Position numbers and translations under genes: made by a program
Assembly (NCBI GenBank): GCA_963664195.1
Contig: OY760907.1
Location: 3,712,001 to 3,776,000 of the forward strand
Direction: 5' to 3'
DNA from: an uncultured candidate division Zixibacteria bacterium
Lineage (GTDB): Bacteria > Zixibacteria > MSB-5A5 > GN15 > FEB-12
Length of the DNA: 64,000 nucleotides
The notes under the pieces: generated by a model
What the model was told of the DNA's origin: nothing
Database searches by the model: none
The model's input: only the letters and a program-made list of their open reading frames with translations
In this document: one piece after another, positions 10,176 through 19,344 of the stretch
Numbering within the stretch: the stretch's first letter is position 1
Layout: the number at the start of each line of letters is the position of its first letter

Positions 10176-11624
10176 ATGAGACGATGTATCACCGCTGCCG
10201 TCGGGATAGTGCTTCTATTTGCCGCCTCGATTGCAGCCTCCGACGTTTCCGAACCCAACGCAATGTTGAGTTCGACGCACGAAGCAGTAACAGCCACTCC
10301 GACTCCTTCAACCACGCCTTCCACTCCAGAAGTCCAGACTCTCGCCGGCAGCAAGGCCGACTACCCGGGCAGACTGAGAGTTTACGTTGTCGAGCCGACG
10401 TCTCGATGGGATGCCGCCGACGGCAGACCCTATCACGAAGCGTTCTTTTCTTGGGCAATCGATCAGGACATAAACATTCCGGACGGTGAGATCCTTACGC
10501 TCAGTAGTACCTGGAATTCGTACGACGAAGGCTTCTACTCCATTTTGGAGACGAACATAGCGGCGGTCGCTGCTCTCTTCGACGACGCGTACACCACGGA
10601 AAACGCTTACCCGTATCCGGGCTACAATTACCCTTTTCGAGCACACGCGGTCGACGCGACTGCCAGGGCGGCAGCCGGCGAAATTGGACAGAACGAAGTC
10701 ACCGGCACCTATACACACACTGTTTTCGTCGAAGAGGCAACTGCCACCTGGTGCGGCTACTGCCCCGACGTGCGGGATTGGCTTGGAGCTCTCCATCGCA
10801 ACGCAGGCTACAACTTCGAGTTCGTTGCTCTCGTCGACGACAGTTGTGATTTCGCGGCCTATCGCCTGAGCAGCAATACAATCAACGGCCTGAACGTAGG
10901 CGCCTTCCCTACCTGCTACGTCGACGGTGGCACTGAGTTGGTAGTGGGCGCTGCCGGCCAGAGCGCCATTGCATCAGCTCTGAACGCAGCAGGCTCGCGG
11001 GCAGTCCCGGATCTGGATATGCTCATCAAGACTGAGTATATAGCAACCAACACAATCCAGGTCACCGTGGCTATCGGCAACGGTGTCCCGGCCAACACGG
11101 CTCCGGGCACTCCGAGCATCGTCTCTGGTGTGACCGAAGCCGTCGAGGGCACTGAGTACGACTTCGAAGCCCTCTCCATTGATCCCGAAGCCAATACCAT
11201 GGAGTATCGTTTCGATTTCTCGGACGGCACCATCACCGATTGGATAGGTCCCTTCGCAGATGGTGAAAACGGCCTCGCTTCTCATGCCTGGTCTACAACC
11301 GGCACCACCTACGTCAGGGTGCTGGCTCGCGACTTCTGGGGCATTGAAACCACATGGTCGGTACCGTACGCCGTTGAAGTCATCCCGTCCACTTGTTGCA
11401 GAGGTGATTCACGCGGTAATGTTGACGGCTCCCTGGACTTCCAGGTCACCATGAGCGACCTGACCGTATTGATCGACCATCTCTTCATCAGCCTCTCGCC
11501 ATTGGACTGCGTCGATGAAGGCAACCTCGACGGCGACATCCTCGGTGAAGTTACTATGAGCGACTTGACGGTATTGATTGACCATCTCTTTATCAGTCTG
11601 AATCCGTTGCCGCCATGCCAGTAG
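10176..11624 (+). CDS. Secreted thioredoxin-fold (WCGYC) Omp28-like protein with PKD and dockerin-like domains
   Basis: Signal peptide; VFVEEATATWCGYCP and FPTCYVDGG (cis-Pro loop); PKD-like YRFDFSDG...[23 protein letters not shown] present twice. Confidence 0.8.
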   Translation: MRRCITAAVGIVLLFAASIAASDVSEPNAMLSSTHEAVTATPTPSTTPSTPEVQTLAGSKADYPGRLRVYVVEPTSRWDAADGRPYHEAFFSWAIDQDINIPDGEILTLSSTWNSYDEGFYSILETNIAAVAALFDDAYTTENAYPYPGYNYPFRAHAVDATARAAAGEIGQNEVTGTYTHTVFVEEATATWCGYCPDVRDWLGALHRNAGYNFEFVALVDDSCDFAAYRLSSNTINGLNVGAFPTCYVDGGTELVVGAAGQSAIASALNAAGSRAVPDLDMLIKTEYIATNTIQVTVAIGNGVPANTAPGTPSIVSGVTEAVEGTEYDFEALSIDPEANTMEYRFDFSDGTITDWIGPFADGENGLASHAWSTTGTTYVRVLARDFWGIETTWSVPYAVEVIPSTCCRGDSRGNVDGSLDFQVTMSDLTVLIDHLFISLSPLDCVDEGNLDGDILGEVTMSDLTVLIDHLFISLNPLPPCQ

Positions 11625-11902
11625 AATCGATCAAAGGTGATCGCCTGACACGGCAGAGTTAAGTGAGCTAATGTGGCGGCGATTTCGGTAACGATGTCGC
11701 CGCCGTTTCTCATTGCAGACTTGTCATTCGTTCCTTCCGGACGTTTTGACACTTCGAAGGAGATACAATCAATCAGGGCGGCTACCTCAAAAGAGGACAC
11801 ACCCCCCCTTACGCCAATAGGCAGGTCTGGTATCTTTGCGCTGGGCAGATTCATCCAGACTGGCCTCGGACCTCTTGCCTTCTCATAAGGGAGATTGCAC
11901 AC

Positions 11903-13276
11903 ATGTTACGATGTCTCATTGCTGCCGCTGCGATCCTGCTGCTTATCGCCTCCTCGACGACAGCATCGGATGTATCGGTTCCTGCCACAAACAAGCAGGA
12001 AGTCGAAACCGATATGATAGCCCCTGCCGCCTACCCCGGAACGCTCAGGATATATATAATTGAACCGCAGTCGCGCTATCATCATCCGCAGGATAACGGC
12101 CAGTACCATAACGGTTTTCTCGATTTTGCCCTGGTACAGACCGTTAATATCGCCGATGGAGCAAGACTTCAGGTTAGCGCTGACTGGAATGCATCCACAG
12201 AAGGATTCGGCAGCATTTCTCAGGACAATATCGCTGTAATCGCCGTGCTGTTTGATGAAACAGCACACCTCACCGATGCCTTCCCCCCGTATGGTTATTA
12301 CTTCAACGCATACTATGCTGATGCCGCAGCACAGGCCACGGTCGGTGAGATTGGCACCAATACGGCATCCAACGGTTACACGCACAAAGTCTTCCTGGAA
12401 GAGGGTACGGAATACAGTTGCCCCAATTGCCCCTCGGTCCGCGACTGGCTCGACAGCCTCTCCGGAGTGAACGACGGCTTCCTCTACACTGCCTTGATTA
12501 ATGACCAAAACTCCAATGCTGCCGCAAGAGTGGTGGAATTGGGCACTGCCGTGTATCCCACCTGCACGATCGACGGCGGTTACAAAATGGTCGTCGGATC
12601 GTCATCTCCCGCCAACATTTGCGGCGGAATCACCAACAGCGGCGCGCGTGCTGTCCCCGCTATCTACATGCTGGTCACCACTGAATGGATCGGCACCAAC
12701 CAGATCAGGGTTTCCGCCGCTGTCGGCAACGGTGTCGATGCCAACGTCGCACCGGCCACGCCGATGATCACTTCGGGCGATACCGAGGGCGTCCCGACTA
12801 CTGTTTACACCTACGGCGGCGGCACCACCGATCCGGACGGGAATCGGATATCGTACCGTTTCGATTTTGATGACGGGACCATCAGCGACTGGAGCGAAAC
12901 GTATGCCTCCGGCGCAACCGCCTCGGCCTCACACGCCTGGACAGACCCCGGTACCTACCATGTCAGACTGCAGGCAAGGGACACCTGGGGATACGAAACC
13001 GGCTGGTGCATGTCCGGCAGAACAGTGACCATAGGCACAGCCTCCTGCTGCACCGGCCCATCGACAGGAAACTTCGATGGTTCAGAAGACAACCTCATAA
13101 CGATGGGAGATCTGACGGTACTGATCGATCATCTGTTTATAACTCTTACCCCGCTGGATTGCCCCGACGAGGCCAATGTCGATGAGAGTCCCGACGGACT
13201 CATAACCATGGGAGATCTCACCGTCCTGATTAACCACTTGTTCATCACGTTTGATCCCCTTCCGTCATGCCCTTAA
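11903..13276 (+). CDS. Tandem paralog: thioredoxin-fold (SCPNC) Omp28-like protein with PKD and dockerin-like domains
   Basis: Colinear with the 10176 protein ([53 protein letters not shown]). Confidence 0.8.
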   Translation: MLRCLIAAAAILLLIASSTTASDVSVPATNKQEVETDMIAPAAYPGTLRIYIIEPQSRYHHPQDNGQYHNGFLDFALVQTVNIADGARLQVSADWNASTEGFGSISQDNIAVIAVLFDETAHLTDAFPPYGYYFNAYYADAAAQATVGEIGTNTASNGYTHKVFLEEGTEYSCPNCPSVRDWLDSLSGVNDGFLYTALINDQNSNAAARVVELGTAVYPTCTIDGGYKMVVGSSSPANICGGITNSGARAVPAIYMLVTTEWIGTNQIRVSAAVGNGVDANVAPATPMITSGDTEGVPTTVYTYGGGTTDPDGNRISYRFDFDDGTISDWSETYASGATASASHAWTDPGTYHVRLQARDTWGYETGWCMSGRTVTIGTASCCTGPSTGNFDGSEDNLITMGDLTVLIDHLFITLTPLDCPDEANVDESPDGLITMGDLTVLINHLFITFDPLPSCP

Positions 13277-13316
13277 GACAGCAGACTTGATCCAAGCTAC
13301 CCGCACCGCACAAAGA

Positions 13317-13352
13317 AACGGCGGCGAATCCTTAGTCGGAAACGCCGCCGTT
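13317..13352. terminator. Hairpin between convergent genes (probable terminator)
   Basis: AACGGCGGCG ... CGCCGCCGTT, a 10-bp stem; a second CTGCCC/GGGCAG hairpin lies at about 13370-13394. Confidence 0.6.
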
Positions 13353-13404
13353 CTCATCTAATCTGTACCCTGCCCACCGAAGGACCCCGGGCAGAAATCG
13401 GCTC

Positions 13405-14649
13405 TTACTTCTCCTTGAACTCTATCCGTTCAAACTCGTTCCAATCGACAATGACCTCATCGTCGTCATCGGTGGTTATGACAATACCCTTGTTGTCCTC
13501 ATCGACATCATTGCAGCCACGAAGAACAAACTCACGACCGTCCAGCACCGTCACGCGCGCCGCCCGGTATGACTTCTTCTCAATGGTCTTGATAAGACCG
13601 AACTCGATATCAAAATCCATGTCGTGGTTTTCGCCGTTGAGCAACTCCCAGGTATGTTCTTCGTCGTAATCCCAGAGGATATACCCGGTGTACTCATCAC
13701 CGTCTTCGGTGTGCAGCGTACCGTAGAGCCGACGACCGCCGTCAAAGTCTTCGTATTTTGGGGCCTGAGGCGCTTCGGTCAACTCCAGCTTCTCGAATTC
13801 ATCCCACTTCACGACCACCTGACCAAAGCCCGGATCAGAGATGATAATACCACGGTTCTCATCGTTCACATCATTGGACCCGCGCAATATCATCTCATCG
13901 CCGGTCTTCAGCGTAATCTGCGCGGCACTCGAACTGTACCGCTCAATCGCGGCAATCTTGGAGAATTGCAGTTTCCGTTTGCGGCGCTTCTCATCGCCAT
14001 CAATGATGTCGTTTTCAAACACTTCGTCCACATCCCAGGTCACCCAACCGGTGAATTTGTCATCGCGACGAGTCGTCAGCGTGCCGTACAACCTATCGCC
14101 AAAACCGGAGCGATCTGCCTTGCCGGCAGACTGGAACTCAATCCGTTCAATGTCATCCCAGAAAAACTCAATCTCGCCCTCGTCAGGGTCCTCAATCACG
14201 ATCTCGCGTATATTGGATCCGATATCAGTCGAGCTGTTCTCCAACTCCACTTCCTCGCCGCTCTTGAACGTCAGAAGCACCATGTCGTCGTCGATGACTT
14301 CCATGCTCTTCAAATGACCGATCCGCATACCCGAAGAGGCAGAACCGCTCTCATAATCGGTTGTACGTCCCTCACCGATCCTGATCCCAAAGATGTCAAT
14401 GGAGCTGCGTTTTTTGGAGTGCGACCGGCGACGCGACTTGCTGTACTTGCGATGCTCCAGTTCCTTTGTACCGTCGAGGATGTCAACCCATGAGGCTTCG
14501 TTCTTATCCCAGCGAATCAGACCTTCGTAAGTATCACCGTCCACAGTGAATATCTTCCCATGAATACGGCCGGACTCATCGGCAGTGGCAGTCAGTACCG
14601 CCCCGAAAGTCACTATCAAAATGGCGAGAAGTAGCGTCGCTGATTTCAT
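13405..14649 (-). CDS. Secreted acidic protein made of three tandem ~115-aa beta-rich repeats; function unknown
   Basis: Start at ATG 14649 with a GGAGG RBS. Repeats RxxGxxxTxxxDxxxGxxxWDxxE and xWDxxExxEF each occur three times. Confidence 0.75.
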   Translation of the reverse strand: MKSATLLLAILIVTFGAVLTATADESGRIHGKIFTVDGDTYEGLIRWDKNEASWVDILDGTKELEHRKYSKSRRRSHSKKRSSIDIFGIRIGEGRTTDYESGSASSGMRIGHLKSMEVIDDDMVLLTFKSGEEVELENSSTDIGSNIREIVIEDPDEGEIEFFWDDIERIEFQSAGKADRSGFGDRLYGTLTTRRDDKFTGWVTWDVDEVFENDIIDGDEKRRKRKLQFSKIAAIERYSSSAAQITLKTGDEMILRGSNDVNDENRGIIISDPGFGQVVVKWDEFEKLELTEAPQAPKYEDFDGGRRLYGTLHTEDGDEYTGYILWDYDEEHTWELLNGENHDMDFDIEFGLIKTIEKKSYRAARVTVLDGREFVLRGCNDVDEDNKGIVITTDDDDEVIVDWNEFERIEFKEK

Positions 14650-14690
14650 AAATCCTCCGTAAACACGCACATGTCTTTATGCTAGTCTCT

Positions 14691-14715
14691 TACGAGATTA
14701 CGAAAGATAAGTTTA
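14691..14715 (-). promoter_or_regulatory. Putative ECF-sigma (sigmaW-like) promoter
   Basis: TAAAC-N16-CGTA, resembling the TGAAAC-N16-CGTA consensus. Confidence 0.45.
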
Positions 14716-14755
14716 GTAAATAATAGACCTCAGAACGGTAGAGGAGTAATACAGT

Positions 14756-17626
14756 CTACTTTAGCAGAACCATCTTGCGCACGCAGGTGAACGAACCCGC
14801 CTTCAGGCGATAGAAGTACACGCCCGAAGGAGCATCGGCACCACCACGCACCAGTCCATCCCATTGAATAAGGTGGTCCCCTGCGGCCAATTGCTCCGAA
14901 ACCAGCAATCGTACTGTTTGCCCGAGGATATTAAACACCTCCAGACGCACCACGGATGTTCCGGGCAACCGGAACTCAATCGTCGTGGCCATGTTGAACG
15001 GGTTTGGATAATTCTGCGACAGAGAGAACGATTCCGGCAGCAACCGGGGATCATCGTCGTCAACCGACGTCTGCTCGTCAACTCGTATCTCTCCCGGGAG
15101 AAGCGATACTTCTGCAGGCATTCCCTCCGATACCAGATAGATCCACGGGTTGTTCAGGCCGTCAGCGGGCTTGTCTAGAGGCATTAGTCCGGTGACAACC
15201 CCACCCGTGACATACAGATCGCAAAGCGACGAAACTCCCTGCGGCAGACTGCTGTCAGCATCAATCATGCTGATTTCAAACGAGGCAACACCGGCTGAGC
15301 TGTCAGCGGCAAAAACCACATTCACCAGCCCGGCAAGCGTCGAGTCCACCACTATTGAATCCATCGCCACCATTTCGGGATCATACTCAAACGGCACATA
15401 CACTGCATTGGCGTCGCTTGAAAGCGACATTTCAATCGGTAGACTGCCAGTTGATCCTGATTTCACAACAATCGTTCCCGCAAGAATCGTGTCGGGCGAG
15501 GTCGACAGGTACCGAAAACTGAATGGAATCCGTTCACTGACATTGAACGAGGCGCTGTCAGTCACGTCGACAAAAGTCGAGTGCAAACCGTATTCCAATT
15601 GAGTGGTGTCAATCGTGAAGACAATCGAGTCGCCCCCCAACCCGGACCCGCGAGAAAGATGCAGCCACGGGTCATTCACAGCAGCCATCCAATTCAGAAT
15701 CCCCACCCCGGCATTTGTCACAACCGTAAACAGGTCATGCTCTGAAGGGGTCGAAGTAACGACATTGAAACTGTCAGGTTCAAGTAGAATATACGGAAGG
15801 TTCGCAACGACTTCCACAACCGCCCAGACCGTATCGGGCGAGTTTACAATATCACCTGCGTCGACTACAATCGGTTCGACGTAGTTCCCATCGGTCAGGC
15901 CAACCGCATTGACCGTCACCTGGAGCTCCGTTTCATTGGATCCTGCGTATGCCGAAACGGTCAGCCAATCTGCATCTTCGGTAAGTGTCCACGGCATATC
16001 ACCGCCGCCGGCATTGCTTGTTGTCAGGAACTTGGTGTACTCGCGATCAATCCCCGTGAACGCCCTGAAGGACAGAGTGTCGGCAGAAAGGCTGAGTATT
16101 GGCACCGTCACATCGAATCTTACCGGGACGACCATCGAAGAATCGTTGTTGTCCAAATCAACCAGTGTTAGCTGCCCAAAGTACGTACCGTAAGGCAACG
16201 CAGCAGTCGTGATGCTCACCGAAATGGTATCAGGCGTGCTGCCGGCTGCGGGTGACACATCCAGCCAACTGTGGGACGGCAGGATCTCGAAGTTCCGCGA
16301 GTTGTATCCCGCGTGATCAAGAACGACTTCCTGCGGGTCTGGGGCCGAATCGCCGACAGCCATCTCGAATCTGAGTGAATTCGGTTCAGCTATAATACTG
16401 GGATCATTATACTTTGTAATTGAGGCGTAGATGTCGTAGTCACCGTTGCGCTTGTCCGACCAAGTCATATATCGATACTGGCCGTCGAGTGCGACGTCCG
16501 GCTGCAATTGAGCCGAATCGCCTTCTTCATTCGCCTGGAAGTTGGGGTCCTGGACGACGCCGTTGACGTCGATCATCTGTCCCACAATATCCCACGAATC
16601 CGATACGGTACTGTCCGACCAGATGATAGCGACATTTCCCATCCGATCAGCGGAAATGGTCGGCTCGCGCTGAGCACGCTGAGAGCCGTCACGGTTTATC
16701 TTCGTGTCGGCGGTCATCGGGGCCAGCGAAGTATCAAACTGGCGTGAATATATATCCGGGTTTGCCGGGTAAATCCCGTTGCGCCAATCTACCCATACGA
16801 CGGTGAAATGGCCCGCACCGTCGGTGGCCGCATCCGGAAACGCCTGACGAATGGTCCCAGCGTCGGAGTTTACCCTGATGTTCGGTCCCAGAGCAACACC
16901 CAACGAGTCAAAACGCTGCGCGAATATGTCGTCATTGCCCAACCGGTTGTCATACCAGGTCACTACATACCAGCCCTCAGGCGATACGGCGACTCGCGGG
17001 GAGTGCTGCTGGGCGGAGCCGACATCGTTGTTGACTCTGAAATTCGTGCCGATCAGGCCACCGTTGGAGGATATGACCTGCCCGTAGACATCCCAGTTCC
17101 GGTTGCGATAGTCAGCCCAAACAAGCATCCCTCCTCCCCAGGGTGAGAGCGCGATGTCTGGTGTTTCCTTCAGAGAGTCAGGTAATTCGGTCGTTACGTT
17201 TCGATTGACGCCCGACGGCACCACTGCCGAGTCATATCGCTGGAAAAAGACGTCGGGATCAAACGGGTATGAACCGTTGCGATAGTCCGTCCAGACAACA
17301 GAATAGAGACCGGACAGATCCACTCCGATCGCGGGGTCTCGCTGGTAGGCGCTGGTCGCGTCGTCGTTGACCTGACGGTTCTGGCCAATGGCCGCACCGT
17401 CAGTATCGAATCGTTGAAGGAATATATCGTTGGAGCCGTTTCGTTGATCGGTCCAGACAATGACGAAACCGCCGTCGCCTGCGACAGCGATTCGAGGGTT
17501 ATTTTGAGCCGTGTGGGAGGCGTCGTCGTTGATCAGAAAATCAGTCCGCTCTGCAGCGGCGACCCGTGATCCACACAGAAGTATAACCGCGACCAACACC
17601 CGGAATGTCTGTCTTGCGTAGTACAT
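14756..17626 (-). CDS. Large secreted protein: beta-propeller-like repeats, three BACON-like domains, cohesin-like domain, FlgD-Ig/T9SS-type C-terminal domain
   Basis: Repeated (V/I)xWxDxRNGxxD(I/V)(F/Y)xQ units; PxSLxF...WLxVS BACON motifs; GSTGSLPIEMS...VPFEYDP cohesin-like segment; LSQNYPNPFN...GVYFYRL...KMVLLK tail. The start is uncertain (17626 or 17644). Confidence 0.8.
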   Translation of the reverse strand: MYYARQTFRVLVAVILLCGSRVAAAERTDFLINDDASHTAQNNPRIAVAGDGGFVIVWTDQRNGSNDIFLQRFDTDGAAIGQNRQVNDDATSAYQRDPAIGVDLSGLYSVVWTDYRNGSYPFDPDVFFQRYDSAVVPSGVNRNVTTELPDSLKETPDIALSPWGGGMLVWADYRNRNWDVYGQVISSNGGLIGTNFRVNNDVGSAQQHSPRVAVSPEGWYVVTWYDNRLGNDDIFAQRFDSLGVALGPNIRVNSDAGTIRQAFPDAATDGAGHFTVVWVDWRNGIYPANPDIYSRQFDTSLAPMTADTKINRDGSQRAQREPTISADRMGNVAIIWSDSTVSDSWDIVGQMIDVNGVVQDPNFQANEEGDSAQLQPDVALDGQYRYMTWSDKRNGDYDIYASITKYNDPSIIAEPNSLRFEMAVGDSAPDPQEVVLDHAGYNSRNFEILPSHSWLDVSPAAGSTPDTISVSITTAALPYGTYFGQLTLVDLDNNDSSMVVPVRFDVTVPILSLSADTLSFRAFTGIDREYTKFLTTSNAGGGDMPWTLTEDADWLTVSAYAGSNETELQVTVNAVGLTDGNYVEPIVVDAGDIVNSPDTVWAVVEVVANLPYILLEPDSFNVVTSTPSEHDLFTVVTNAGVGILNWMAAVNDPWLHLSRGSGLGGDSIVFTIDTTQLEYGLHSTFVDVTDSASFNVSERIPFSFRYLSTSPDTILAGTIVVKSGSTGSLPIEMSLSSDANAVYVPFEYDPEMVAMDSIVVDSTLAGLVNVVFAADSSAGVASFEISMIDADSSLPQGVSSLCDLYVTGGVVTGLMPLDKPADGLNNPWIYLVSEGMPAEVSLLPGEIRVDEQTSVDDDDPRLLPESFSLSQNYPNPFNMATTIEFRLPGTSVVRLEVFNILGQTVRLLVSEQLAAGDHLIQWDGLVRGGADAPSGVYFYRLKAGSFTCVRKMVLLK

Positions 17627-17642
17627 CGCAAGACTGTAATAC

Positions 17643-17673
17643 AAAAAAAATGCCCACCCATGCGGGCGGGCAT
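17643..17673 (-). terminator. Intrinsic terminator downstream of the HU-bS22 transcript
   Basis: ATGCCCGCCC-gcat-GGGTGGGCAT followed by a T-run on the minus strand. Confidence 0.85.
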
Positions 17674-17823
17674 ATCTTTTTCGCAGCTCGGGGACAACTG
17701 TTTGCCCTGTCTAACCTTACCTAATTCTACCGGGGCCCGTTAAGACCAACATCAACTCTTACGAGTCAGAACCGGAGGAAAAATGTTCCAGACACCAGCG
17801 GACAGAAGTTCCGTAGAACCCGT

Positions 17824-17919
17824 CTACTTGTTCTTTTTCTTGTGTCGGTTAGCGCGTCTGCGTTTCTTCCTCTTGTGGGTCTTGATCTTCTCGCGCTTAC
17901 GTTTCTTTCCGCTGGGCAT
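17824..17919 (-). CDS. Small basic ribosomal protein bS22 (mS38/COX24-AURKAIP1-like), 31 aa
   Basis: Below the ORF-track cutoff. Translates to MPSGKKRKREKIKTHKRKKRRRANRHKKKNK with a GGAGG RBS, matching the Bacteroidota-type bS22 pattern. Confidence 0.88.
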   Translation of the reverse strand: MPSGKKRKREKIKTHKRKKRRRANRHKKKNK

Positions 17920-17947
17920 CCATCCTCCGTTAGAACGGTTGGGGTAA

Positions 17948-18232
17948 TCAGATAGACAGTTTTGTGATCATGTTTTTGAACTCATTAGACGGCTTAAACA
18001 CCGGAACCTTCCGATCCGGCACCGGGACGACCTCTCCTGTGCGAGGGTTCCGTGCTTTACGGGCCTTGCGCAGTTTGATCTTGAAGGTGCCAAATCCGCG
18101 GATTTCAATGTTGTGACCGCCTTCGACCGATTTTTTCACGGTGTCGAGAAACGAGTCAACGACCACTGCGACATCGGTGCGGGTGAGCCCTGTCTTTTCG
18201 GCTACTTTTTCGACCAAATCGGCTTTAGTCAC
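17948..18232 (-). CDS. HU/IHF-family DNA-binding protein
   Basis: GTG start with a GGAGG RBS; TKADLV, IEIRGFGTF, ARNPRTGE and FKPS motifs. Confidence 0.95.
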   Translation of the reverse strand: MTKADLVEKVAEKTGLTRTDVAVVVDSFLDTVKKSVEGGHNIEIRGFGTFKIKLRKARKARNPRTGEVVPVPDRKVPVFKPSNEFKNMITKLSI

Positions 18233-18429
18233 CTCATCCTCCCTCAACAAGACTATCTACAACAACAATTCTCATCATTTCCAGTTTCGTTTTCGTATCA
18301 AAAGGGAATCAGCAATTCGGTACCATTCTGCCGATAAGCCCTTGGGACAGCAGAAGATAATAAAATTTGCCCCCAAGAAAAGGAAAATCTTCGTTTCAAG
18401 CAGAGTTTTTTTGAGTACTCAAACCAGGC

Positions 18430-19332
18430 TTACCGGTACAGGAACATCAATCGAGGCCCTGAAACCGAGTTCTCCACCTTCTCTCCCAGCCCCCCGACGG
18501 CAGTGCTGATCATGTCCATCAAGGAGTATTGCTCTCGTTTTCGGGGCCTGACTACGCTCGGTTCATTCCCCATATCAGCCAGTTCAGCAGCCAGAAGCAC
18601 CGCTTCGTTCAACCCCCCGAGCGTATCCACCAGACCAAGGTTATAAGCCTGTAAACCGGTGAATATAGAGCCGTCGGCAAACGGGTAGACTTCTTCCTTT
18701 TCCATACTGCGACCTTCGGCAACCACTCCGACAAACTGCTCGTAGGTGTCCATTACCACCGAGCGAAGCATCAGTTCTTCTTTCTCAGTCATATCCCGAC
18801 TAAAAGAGCCGACGTCCTTGAGATCACCGGATTTGATTGTCTCGGTCGATATACCCCACTTCTCCATCAGGTCCTTGAACGTGTGGAAGGAGAAGATCAC
18901 GCCAATGGAGCCGGTCAACGTACCGGGATTGGCGACAACTTTGTCCGCGGCACAGGAGATATAATATCCGCCCGAGGCGGCCACACCAGCCATGGACACA
19001 ACTACCGGTTTGTCCTCCCGGACCCGAAGGATAGCGTCATAAATCTCCTGAGAAATCGCAACCTCTCCCCCCGGGGAATTGACGTGGATGACAATCGCCC
19101 GGACTGAATGATTGTCCCGCCAATGATCAAGCTGGTCAATCACCGGCCGTCCGGAGGCTTCGGTCATCACACCGAACATCTCCACGACGCCAACAGCGTC
19201 GCCAAAACCGGAGAAAGACATCTCGCCGTCCCCCGAGTAGAGGCCGATCATCATCAGACCAAAGAACCCCACTACGAGGACAAAGGATGCGACGATAACC
19301 ACCGCCACAATCACATCACGTTTTTTTGCCAT
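18430..19332 (-). CDS. sppA: Signal peptide peptidase SppA (36K type)
   Basis: NSPGG, AASGGYY, TGSIGV and KSGDLKD motifs. Confidence 0.95.
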   Translation of the reverse strand: MAKKRDVIVAVVIVASFVLVVGFFGLMMIGLYSGDGEMSFSGFGDAVGVVEMFGVMTEASGRPVIDQLDHWRDNHSVRAIVIHVNSPGGEVAISQEIYDAILRVREDKPVVVSMAGVAASGGYYISCAADKVVANPGTLTGSIGVIFSFHTFKDLMEKWGISTETIKSGDLKDVGSFSRDMTEKEELMLRSVVMDTYEQFVGVVAEGRSMEKEEVYPFADGSIFTGLQAYNLGLVDTLGGLNEAVLLAAELADMGNEPSVVRPRKREQYSLMDMISTAVGGLGEKVENSVSGPRLMFLYR

Positions 19333-19344
19333 GAGCGTATTCCG

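Noticed and set aside
10740..12430. Selenocysteine in the thioredoxin-like active sites
   Set aside because: Both CxxC motifs use TGC codons in uninterrupted frames.
7850..13260. Six similar ~40-nt segments (GAYCTSACGGTNCTSATCGAYCAYCTSTTYAT) as DGR template/variable repeats
   Set aside because: Differences are mostly synonymous third-position changes in a conserved protein motif, not adenine-specific, and no reverse transcriptase is present.
17690..17712. c-di-GMP-I riboswitch (CAGGGCAAAC on the minus strand)
   Set aside because: Only the first few nucleotides match; the GAAA-capped P2 and GCAAAG elements are absent.
18310..18337. sigma54 (TGGTACCGAATTGC) or sigma28 (GCCGATAA) promoter near the HU/IHF gene
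   Set aside because: The GG-GC spacing is 9 rather than 10. The GCCGATAA lacks a TAAA box and points away from the gene.
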